From positions 1 through 34,235 of the forward strand of contig NZ_JBDOPO010000366.1 of NCBI RefSeq assembly GCF_039830215.1: 34,235 nucleotides of DNA, in the 5' to 3' direction. Numbering within the stretch: the stretch's first letter is position 1; each line of letters opens with the position of its first letter. The notes below the pieces were generated by a model. It was not told where the DNA came from and did no database searches. It saw only the letters and a list, made by a program, of their open reading frames with translations. The DNA is from Rubritalea sp. GTDB lineage: Bacteria; Verrucomicrobiota; Verrucomicrobiia; Verrucomicrobiales; Akkermansiaceae. Shown here one piece after another: positions 18,856 to 26,961 of this stretch. A program made the translations under genes and the position numbers.

Positions 18856-19812
18856 ATGAGTAGTTTTAGTCAGCCAAGTGTCGTGATTGTTATCCCCGTA
18901 TACAATGCAGGAATGTTTCTGAAAGAAGCGATCGACTCGTGCCTGCGTCAGACCTATCAGGCATTGAGGATTGTGGTTATCAATGATGCCTCTACTGATA
19001 ATATCGCTGAACTACTAGGAAGTTATGACGATGCGGCAGCTTTAGAAGTCATTACTAATCATGAAAACAAGGGAAAAGGGCGCTCATTGAATACCCTCCT
19101 ACCGCTATTGACCGAAAGCTACATCGCGCTGATGGATGCTGATGATGTAATGTATCCTGAACGCATAGAGAAACAGGTGGCCTTCATGGAAAAACATCCA
19201 GGACTGGGAGCGAGCAGTGGCTTTATGGACTACATTAGTTCCACTGGTAAAATAATAGGAAAGGCTAGGTCAGATTTACTTTCTGAAGAGGATGCGCAGC
19301 AGTATGTAAAGCAGAATGATCCTTTTGCTATTTTCTGTCCCTGTGCAATGTTGCGTGCAGAGATTTTTAAAGATCCTGACCTATTGTTTCGACCTCAGTT
19401 TTGGCCGGCAGATGATGTTGATTTATGGAATCGTATACATGAAAAAGGCTGGCAGGTTTTTTTGCAACCAGAACCCTTAATGCAATATCGGATTCATGGA
19501 TCGTCCGCAGTGACTTCGAGTTTTTTCAAGACGCGACATCAATTTGAGTTTCTTCGTGAATGTATGCGTGCTCGTCGTCGGGGGGATACAGAGCCTACTA
19601 GGGAAGAATTTGTAAAGATGATGGCGGAGCGGCCATTGTGGACGCGCTTTAACAGTTGGCGAAAAACTTACGCAAAGGGGATGTACCGGAGTGGTGGCTT
19701 TGCGATTGCGGAAAAGAAACCTTTCACTGCTGTGTGCTTACTTGTTGTGGCGGGTTTATTGCAACCGCTCTATGTGTTTAATCGGTTGAAGCCACAGGTA
19801 CTAAATAAATGA
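18856..19812 (+). CDS. GT2 glycosyltransferase
   Basis: IPVYN, INDASTD, MDADD, YRIH. Confidence 0.92.
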   Translation: MSSFSQPSVVIVIPVYNAGMFLKEAIDSCLRQTYQALRIVVINDASTDNIAELLGSYDDAAALEVITNHENKGKGRSLNTLLPLLTESYIALMDADDVMYPERIEKQVAFMEKHPGLGASSGFMDYISSTGKIIGKARSDLLSEEDAQQYVKQNDPFAIFCPCAMLRAEIFKDPDLLFRPQFWPADDVDLWNRIHEKGWQVFLQPEPLMQYRIHGSSAVTSSFFKTRHQFEFLRECMRARRRGDTEPTREEFVKMMAERPLWTRFNSWRKTYAKGMYRSGGFAIAEKKPFTAVCLLVVAGLLQPLYVFNRLKPQVLNK

Positions 19813-20888
19813 GTAAAATTCGCAACCTGACCAATGAAGAATGGCAATTTTTAGAGGAGCTGCTCACGTCACTCCATGTCCTTGGTATCATTTGTCCGAT
19901 TCTACGTAATTATGAATCACTGCCAGGGCAGATTGGCAACGATCTAGACATTTTTGTTCCCCGCTCACGCTTGAAAGAAGTGGAGGGCATCTTTTGTGCC
20001 ATGGTTACTTCTCATGGTGGGGAGTTGGTTAAAAAATTTAAAAAAGACACGTTCACAGCTTGGTGGGTACGTATAGGCGGTGCACCCTTGTTGCACGTTG
20101 ATTTATTTAACGGTGCTTTTTATTGGCGGGGGAGACAGCTGGAAAGTGATGAGGCGGTAAGAGCGGGAACTAGGAAACATATCTTAGGCTTCGACATTCC
20201 CCGCCCTGCACACCAAGCGTTCTCGATGTTCGTGACGAGTTTGATTTGGGGGGGCTTTTATAAGGCGAAGTATGGTTCGGTCATCAATTCTTTGTTAGCA
20301 GACGAAAATGAGGCCGCCTACTTTGAGTCGATGATGTTAAGGAATTTTCCAACGGCTCCAAAATCTCCATTTTGTTTTGATGAATCGCCACCAGAGAAGC
20401 TGGCAGTTCCTTATGCTCGCTCGCTAAGGAATGATGTGAAGCTACGCTGGCTAAAGACATTTAAACTATCTGAGCTGTACGCTATTTCACGCTATTGGTG
20501 CTGGGAAATCTTAAATCTTTGTCGGCCTTCAGGTGAGTGGGTATTGATGGTAGAGGGACAAGAGGCAGCAATGGATGGCGTAATGGATGGTGAACTAATG
20601 AGTACTTATGGAGGAGAGACTGTGATGAGCTACGACGACGTTGGGGGGGGACTTCATTGGCTGTGGTTTAGGTTACGGCATATCCAGAGGAGAATGGCTC
20701 GAAATGAATTAGTTTTTGTTCAGGTTAAAGCCACCGTGGCGCTGAAGGTGCTGAAGAGGCTAGGCGGGCGGCCAGACCAAATACTAGCTGAGAGCAGCTT
20801 ACTAGAGCCGTTGGGCTGTTTAAAATCTTACAGTAAAGAAAATGAATCTGTTTGGGTCAAGACGGAGCGGAGAGGACAATTTAAATAG
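19809..20888 (+). CDS. Pol-beta-like nucleotidyltransferase-fold protein with a degenerate kinase-like C-terminus
   Basis: LRNYESLP..IGNDLDIFV (G-x-D-x-D) plus a third Asp in HVDLF; overlaps the upstream stop (ATGA). Confidence 0.6.
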   Translation: MSKIRNLTNEEWQFLEELLTSLHVLGIICPILRNYESLPGQIGNDLDIFVPRSRLKEVEGIFCAMVTSHGGELVKKFKKDTFTAWWVRIGGAPLLHVDLFNGAFYWRGRQLESDEAVRAGTRKHILGFDIPRPAHQAFSMFVTSLIWGGFYKAKYGSVINSLLADENEAAYFESMMLRNFPTAPKSPFCFDESPPEKLAVPYARSLRNDVKLRWLKTFKLSELYAISRYWCWEILNLCRPSGEWVLMVEGQEAAMDGVMDGELMSTYGGETVMSYDDVGGGLHWLWFRLRHIQRRMARNELVFVQVKATVALKVLKRLGGRPDQILAESSLLEPLGCLKSYSKENESVWVKTERRGQFK

Positions 20889-20889
20889 T

Positions 20890-21531
20890 ATGAAGAGAGG
20901 CTTAATTATCGCTTTTACAGGCACTGACGGTTCTGGTAAAAGCACAGTTATAGAGGAAATCACACCGTGGTTGGAGGAGTTAAATACGGAAGGTGTTCAT
21001 TATGAGCATTTGAGACCTAACTGGTTGCCTCCTTTAGGTACTATAGCTGGTAAGCCCGTGAAAGATACTCGTTCTCCCGTGGTGGATCCCCATGGGCAAG
21101 AAACAAGTGGCTTCCTAGGTTCCTTAGTGCGGTTGTGCTATTATTCGCTAGACTATAGCGTTGGGTATTGGCTGAAGACTAGAAAATTGAGTAAAAAGGG
21201 GGCAATATGCCTCTTTGATCGCTACTTTTATGATATTCTGGTTGATCCAAGAAGGATGCGAATCCAATTGCCAGAATGGATTTTACGAAAGATTTTGGGG
21301 CTATATCCAGAGCCAGATCTGATTATTTGTCTTGGTGGCGACCCTGAAACTCTTTACGCACGTAAACCTGAAACGTCTCTTCAGGAGGTAAATAGGCAGG
21401 TCGTAAAGTTAAATGAATTAGTAGTAGAAGAAATGCGAGCATCTTGGGTGGACACGACTCAATCATTGGAGGGTACGATCGCAGAAGTGCGTGAAGTGAT
21501 TGAAAACCACGCAAACGGTCAGAAAAGTTGA
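20890..21531 (+). CDS. Thymidylate-kinase-like P-loop protein
   Basis: IAFTGTDGSGKST, LFDRYFYD, P.PDLII.L, RKPE. Start at ATG 20890. Confidence 0.8.
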   Translation: MKRGLIIAFTGTDGSGKSTVIEEITPWLEELNTEGVHYEHLRPNWLPPLGTIAGKPVKDTRSPVVDPHGQETSGFLGSLVRLCYYSLDYSVGYWLKTRKLSKKGAICLFDRYFYDILVDPRRMRIQLPEWILRKILGLYPEPDLIICLGGDPETLYARKPETSLQEVNRQVVKLNELVVEEMRASWVDTTQSLEGTIAEVREVIENHANGQKS

Positions 21532-21532
21532 G

Positions 21533-22765
21533 ATGATAGTGGTACAATCATCCTTTGCGTGTGAACCGCTCCGTGGCTCAGAACCCGAAGTTGGTTGGCG
21601 TTGGATGTTGGAAATGTCTAAATACCACGAAATAGTGGTGTTGACGCGATCCAACAATCAGCAGGTGATCGAAGACTACCTCAAGAATAACCCCCAACTG
21701 TGTAATGGTGTCACTTTTAAGTACTTCGATCTGGGTCCCATTGCATTGACGCTAAAGAAGCGTTGCAACTGGCTGAATTGGTATTATGTGCTTTGGCAGT
21801 GGCACGCTCGTAAGAAAATTCGTTGTTTGGTCCGTGAACATAAAGCGAGCTTGGTGCACTTGGTCACTTTCGCCTCTTTTCGGTATCCAGTGTTTTTGGG
21901 TAAGGCTGGCGTCCCAGTTGTATGGGGGCCAGTAGGAGGCGGTGAAACGGCGCCACTCTCTTTACTGTTTCACCGGACTAGATGGAGAAGCTGCGTTAAG
22001 GAGCTGATTAGAAATATGGCTACAGGATTTTCTAGTTTCTTTGCATCTACTATAAACCCTTGTTCTAAAGGGGGGGGGCGAGTACTGGTGTCCACTCCTA
22101 GAACTCAAAAAATTCTGGAATTGAAAGGTATTCAATGCGAGATCATGCCTACGATAGGCCTCAATGAAGGAGAAATACTTTGCGACGAGAAAATACCAAC
22201 AGTAGAAAATGGATTAAATTTTCTCTTTGTTGGCCGTCTAGTAGTATTGAAGGGAATTCATTTACTTTTAGAGGCGTTTTCCCAAGCAAATATGATAAAT
22301 GCTCGCTTAACTATTGCGGGCGATGGACCGGAGCTCAAGCACTTAAAGATGTTGGCTAGTAAGTTAGGAGTGAGCGCGCGAGTTGACTTCATCGGGCATG
22401 TGGACAAAAAGGCGATTCATGAAATTTATTCTAACCATCACGTATTAGTAGCTCCTAGCTTATATGAAAGTGGAGGCTACATGGTTTTAGAGGCATTTTC
22501 GCATAAGCGACCGGCCATTGTTCTTGATGTTGGAGGGTTGGCTTTATCTGTGAATGAACAATGCGGAATTAAAGTGCCGATAGGATCAGCGAAAGATGTG
22601 ATCGAAGGTCTCGCAAAAGCCCTGTTATTTTACCATAATTCTCCAGAAAGTATTTGCGAACATGGTGCGGCAGCTAAGATTAGGTCCGAAGCAATTTATG
22701 GCTGGAGGTCTAAAGCTGAACGAATGAACACATTGTATTTATCTACTATTGAAGATTTCCCATAG
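21533..22765 (+). CDS. GT4 glycosyltransferase
   Basis: CEP.RGSEP.VGW, FVGRL...KG, PSLYESGGYMVLEA. Start at ATG 21533. Confidence 0.92.
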   Translation: MIVVQSSFACEPLRGSEPEVGWRWMLEMSKYHEIVVLTRSNNQQVIEDYLKNNPQLCNGVTFKYFDLGPIALTLKKRCNWLNWYYVLWQWHARKKIRCLVREHKASLVHLVTFASFRYPVFLGKAGVPVVWGPVGGGETAPLSLLFHRTRWRSCVKELIRNMATGFSSFFASTINPCSKGGGRVLVSTPRTQKILELKGIQCEIMPTIGLNEGEILCDEKIPTVENGLNFLFVGRLVVLKGIHLLLEAFSQANMINARLTIAGDGPELKHLKMLASKLGVSARVDFIGHVDKKAIHEIYSNHHVLVAPSLYESGGYMVLEAFSHKRPAIVLDVGGLALSVNEQCGIKVPIGSAKDVIEGLAKALLFYHNSPESICEHGAAAKIRSEAIYGWRSKAERMNTLYLSTIEDFP

Positions 22766-22791
22766 AAGACCTATAACTCGTCATTATTATT

Positions 22792-23625
22792 ATGCCTTCC
22801 TTAGAACCAGATTTCACCATTGTCACTGCTAGTTATAACTATGTTGGTTTTATTCGTGAGATGTTAGATAGCGTTATCAGCCAGGAGGGGGTGACCTTTG
22901 AGCATATTATTTACGATGCTGGATCGACTGACGGAACGCTGGATGTCATTCGAGAGTACGACCACATTCAACTCACTGTGGAGCAGGACAAGGGTATGAG
23001 TGATGCCATTAACAAAGGTTTCAAGGCAGCTAAAGGTAAGTGGGTGATGTGGCTAAATACTGATGATCGATTGAAGCTAGGCGCACTGGCTGCGGTGAAG
23101 GCCTTTGCAGAGAAGCAGCCAGAAGCAGATGTGATTTATGGAGCTTGGGACTTTATCGACGGGGAGGGCAACTTTCAAAGAACGATGGAGGTTTTCCCAT
23201 TTCAGAAACTCATGCTAGCTCAATACGGTTGTTACATTGGATCTACTTCAGCTTTTTATCGTCGTGAGACAGTTTTAGATGAAGGGCACATTCTAAATGA
23301 TCGATTTAAGTGCGTGATGGATGGTGAGTACTATAATCGATTAGCCTCATTAGGTAAAAAATTCGTGCACATGCCGGTCGTCCTCGCTGACTTTAGGATG
23401 CATGGAGAAAATTTGAGTCAAAAAAATCTGAATAAAACCGACATAGATGGAATGCTAAATAAACAATTACAGTATGCTGAATCTATAGCAATTAGAAGGG
23501 TTTACGGGATTACTTTGAGTAAAGATTTTTTCTTAAACGGAGTGGTAGATTTTTTCCTCTATAATATGTTTCGTTTTCTTAAATGGCCATTAAAACGGCT
23601 AAATAAACCTAGTCAACTCGGCTAG
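22792..23625 (+). CDS. GT2 glycosyltransferase (WcaE/WfgS-like)
   Basis: SYN, DAGSTDGT, DKGMSDAINKG, WLNTDD. Confidence 0.92.
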   Translation: MPSLEPDFTIVTASYNYVGFIREMLDSVISQEGVTFEHIIYDAGSTDGTLDVIREYDHIQLTVEQDKGMSDAINKGFKAAKGKWVMWLNTDDRLKLGALAAVKAFAEKQPEADVIYGAWDFIDGEGNFQRTMEVFPFQKLMLAQYGCYIGSTSAFYRRETVLDEGHILNDRFKCVMDGEYYNRLASLGKKFVHMPVVLADFRMHGENLSQKNLNKTDIDGMLNKQLQYAESIAIRRVYGITLSKDFFLNGVVDFFLYNMFRFLKWPLKRLNKPSQLG

Positions 23626-23683
23626 GCTCCCCCCAAAAAACAAAGGGCGGGAATTAAGGTGGATTTCAAGTATTTGAAAAATT

Positions 23684-24736
23684 GTGCAACAGTATAGAGA
23701 TAGGCAATTCCTTGCGAACTTAGAAGGTCCAGGAGGATTTTTTAAAAAAGTCACCTTTAGAGGACTGAGGCGTAGGGGGGACTTACTTCTGTTATTGCCA
23801 AAAAATCGTGACCTAGCATTAAAAACATTAGGCCTGTATCAACCGCAAACCACCCTTGCGAAATGTTTTTCGAAAGTTGTAGAAGTTCTCCTAGTTTGTG
23901 GTTGGGATTGCTTTTTTAGGAGGGTGACAATGGATATCAAGGAGTCTAGTCCACTAAAAGACATAGTGAAACTAGGTGATTTCGGAGTGTTACTTGGTAA
24001 TCCGAATAACTCAGCAAGAAGAGCCATTGTATTCCAAGAGTTTAGGGGAGTTAAACTAGTAACCAAGCTAGGGACTTCAGTCGAAGCAAAAAATGCAGTG
24101 ACGCTGGAGACTCAGAATTTAGAATCTTTGCCTGAAGATCTACAGGGAGTACCAAATTTGGTCGAAGTAAATAATGAAGAGAATTGGGCGAGTTACACGA
24201 CGACTTGGGTGGATGGAAGTTCCCCTAAACAGAGTGATGTGCCAGCAATTTTGGATTTCTTGAACTCTTGGCGTATTGGTGCCGAAGCGCAGAGCTTGAA
24301 TAGCTTACCAGTTTGGAATGATTTGGTTTCTGAGGTGACTTGTGAAGATGAAATAGAATTTTTAAAAGTGGCTGGAGAGTGTGTAGTCAGTGAGAGTATT
24401 GTTCATGGAGATTTCACGCCTTGGAATTTGAAAATTGATACTAAGGGTAATATTAACGTATTGGATTGGGAGTGTTATCGCAGAGGTGGAGCTGCAGGAT
24501 GGGACTGGGCTCATTACTTTGTGCAGTCAGCTTTACTCGTTGATAAAGGAGATGCCGAAGAGGTGCTAAAACGAGCCTACGAATGGGGGAACTCAGTACA
24601 AGGGCGTGAGTATCTTAAGAGAACTGGCTGGGGAAGAAACGTAAATGCATGGATAGGAACCTATTTATTGTATAAGGACCACGTGCTAAAATTTGACCGT
24701 AAAGATCTAATAAAGTGTTGGAAGAAAATGAAGTAG
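23684..24736 (+). CDS. APH/choline-kinase-like phosphotransferase
   Basis: VTK..E helix, Brenner-type HGDFTPWN and VLDWE; GTG start. Confidence 0.8.
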   Translation: MQQYRDRQFLANLEGPGGFFKKVTFRGLRRRGDLLLLLPKNRDLALKTLGLYQPQTTLAKCFSKVVEVLLVCGWDCFFRRVTMDIKESSPLKDIVKLGDFGVLLGNPNNSARRAIVFQEFRGVKLVTKLGTSVEAKNAVTLETQNLESLPEDLQGVPNLVEVNNEENWASYTTTWVDGSSPKQSDVPAILDFLNSWRIGAEAQSLNSLPVWNDLVSEVTCEDEIEFLKVAGECVVSESIVHGDFTPWNLKIDTKGNINVLDWECYRRGGAAGWDWAHYFVQSALLVDKGDAEEVLKRAYEWGNSVQGREYLKRTGWGRNVNAWIGTYLLYKDHVLKFDRKDLIKCWKKMK

Positions 24737-25827
24737 ATTGCCTTATTGTCGGACAGGCTCCCCCACCATATCACGGACAGGCAGTGGTCACAGGCATGCT
24801 GTTTGATCATGTTTGGACAAAGTCTAGAGTGAGATTGCTGCGGATGTCTTACAGCGACTCGATCAATGAGGTGGGGCGGGTTTCACTGGTTAAGGTTTTT
24901 CATTTATTCACGTTGATCTTTCAAACCTGGAAGATCGTATTTACTCAAGGCCCAAAGGTTCTTTATTATTTACCCGCGAGTGCAAATCGAACACCTGTGC
25001 TACGAGATATTGTGTATCTCTTGTGTGTGAAATGGTGCTTTAAGAGAACAATTTATCATTTTCACGCAGGTGGATTACCTGCCTATCTGGAGAGTATCCC
25101 GGTTCTTGGGAAGGTTGCTCGATTCGCTTATGGGAACCCGGATACCGCGATTGACGTTATAGATACTCTCCCGGCAACAGGAGAATATTTTAGAGCCCGT
25201 AAAAATGTGGTGGTGAATAATGGTGTTGGGGTGGCCCTTGTGGACCGAGCTAGGCCAATCGGTGCCCGTTTTGAGGCGATCTATGTAGGCGTGCTTAATG
25301 AAGGGAAAGGCGTCAAAGATATTATTGAAACAGCCCGTGTTATGAGGCTTCAAAATGTGGAGTGCAGCTTTATCTTAGTCGGTGAATGGGTATCAGAAAT
25401 ATTTAAGGAGGAGATTCTGGGAAAGATAAATGACCTCGAGCTAAAGGGGGCGTTCCATTTCACTGGTGCTCTCAGTGGAAATGAAAAGTGGCAAGCATAT
25501 GCCGATGCTGATTGTATGCTATTCCCTTCTCATTATGAAGCTGAGACTTTTGGAATGGTTTTGGTTGAAGCGATGGCCTATGGGTTGCCGATCGTGACGA
25601 CCAACTGGAGTGGTATACCTAATGTAGTGGGAGACTGTGGCTGTGCTTATCTGTGTGATGTTAAATCACCAGAGCAGTATGCTGATGCGATTATAGAGCT
25701 AGTTGAGGATCCAATTTTGCGGGATGAGATGGGTAAAAAGGGCCAGGCTCGGTATGAGGCGGAGTTTACCAAAGATAAGTTCTTAGAGCGGATGGAAAGT
25801 GTTTTTGAGGAGGTTGTGCACGGATGA
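24715..25827 (+). CDS. GT4 glycosyltransferase
   Basis: PPPYHGQ, YVG.L..GKG, FPSHYEAETFGMVLVEAMAYGLP. Confidence 0.93.
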   Translation: MLEENEVDCLIVGQAPPPYHGQAVVTGMLFDHVWTKSRVRLLRMSYSDSINEVGRVSLVKVFHLFTLIFQTWKIVFTQGPKVLYYLPASANRTPVLRDIVYLLCVKWCFKRTIYHFHAGGLPAYLESIPVLGKVARFAYGNPDTAIDVIDTLPATGEYFRARKNVVVNNGVGVALVDRARPIGARFEAIYVGVLNEGKGVKDIIETARVMRLQNVECSFILVGEWVSEIFKEEILGKINDLELKGAFHFTGALSGNEKWQAYADADCMLFPSHYEAETFGMVLVEAMAYGLPIVTTNWSGIPNVVGDCGCAYLCDVKSPEQYADAIIELVEDPILRDEMGKKGQARYEAEFTKDKFLERMESVFEEVVHG

Positions 25828-26819
25828 AAATGCTGTTCAAAAGAAGAATGAAAGTACCAGAGGTAGTTTTTCTCTCATCTGTAGCGTGGGCATTATACAG
25901 GCTGAAACGTTTGTGATAGGGCATCGGGGCGGGCAAGCGAGTGAGACTCCTGAGAACACTTTGGTTTGTATTGAGAATTCATTTTCTCGAGATATTTTTT
26001 TGGGGGATGAAGTTGATGTGAGAAAGACATCTGATGGGGAAGCGATGATGTTACATGACGGGACTATCGATCGAATAACCGATGGTTCTGGCGCTTTTGG
26101 AAGTTATTCCGCAGATGAGATTAGAGCGCTCGACGCAGGCAGTTGGAAAGGTTCACAGTTTGAGGGAGAGAAAGTTCCCAACTTGGTCGAAACTCTCGAT
26201 TTGATAAAGAGCCATGGCTCGCGAGTCTATTTAGATATTAAAGATGAGAATCTGGCGCCTGTTCAACTAACGGTAAGCGAAGCTTAATTCGATGAAGACA
26301 AACTCACCTTTTTGACGTTTTATAATAGCCAGAGTACGTCATTTTTAACCAGTTTCCAATGGCTGAAGTGCTTCAACGTTTAGATTTAACCCCTTAAGCG
26401 TCAAAAATTATTGACAAGAATCTGGCTGAGCTCGCGGCGATCGTTGGCTCGGAGTGTGAAGTCCACAGGTTGTGGAGGAATATATCAATATGGGGGATGA
26501 GTAGTGGTTGAATGATGTTGAGACAAATCTGGCAGAGTATAAGCAGTTTAATGGTGAGTTACTTCTTTCGCCATTGCAGGATTTTGTCATCAAGGAACTC
26601 CAGGAGTATAAGCTGGTAGGAGTGGTGGCCATAAGCTGAAGTTCTCTTCCTAGTAGAAGCTACAGGATAGAGAGTAGTTCTAATTTGGTAGACTCGAAGG
26701 TAGTACAAGCCTGCGAGGTAGCTTCAGTACCAGAGCGGTAAACGGACTTGGTCCGCCTCACTGGAAGAGTCCGCGCCTTCAGGGTTGCTCTACATGGAGG
26801 GGTGACTCTAGATGAATAA
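25824..26819 (+). pseudogene. Decayed glycerophosphodiester phosphodiesterase (GDPD) with a secreted-protein C-terminal domain
   Basis: IGHRGG..PENT, EVDVR.TSDG...LHD..DR.T, LDAGSW..F.GEKVP.L, LDIK. Start is out of frame with the domain; stops at 26285 and 26637; reading resumes after each stop. Confidence 0.8.
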
Positions 26820-26961
26820 TTGAAAAATAAATGTCAGAAGCGGAGAAAGTAACTAAGTTTAGTACTCTGGATCTGTGGCGAGGTTGGGTTCAGACGTTGT
26901 ATTTAGGGACAACTTCTGATTTACCTGCTTCTGTCTTGAATCTAAAAATAAAAATAATTTG

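Noticed and set aside
20890-21531. Calling this gene housekeeping tmk
   Set aside because: Lacks the REPG motif of true dTMP kinases and sits inside a glycan operon.
23626-23655. C6/A6 run with GGGCGGGA as a terminator
   Set aside because: Imperfect stem, long loop, no U-tract.
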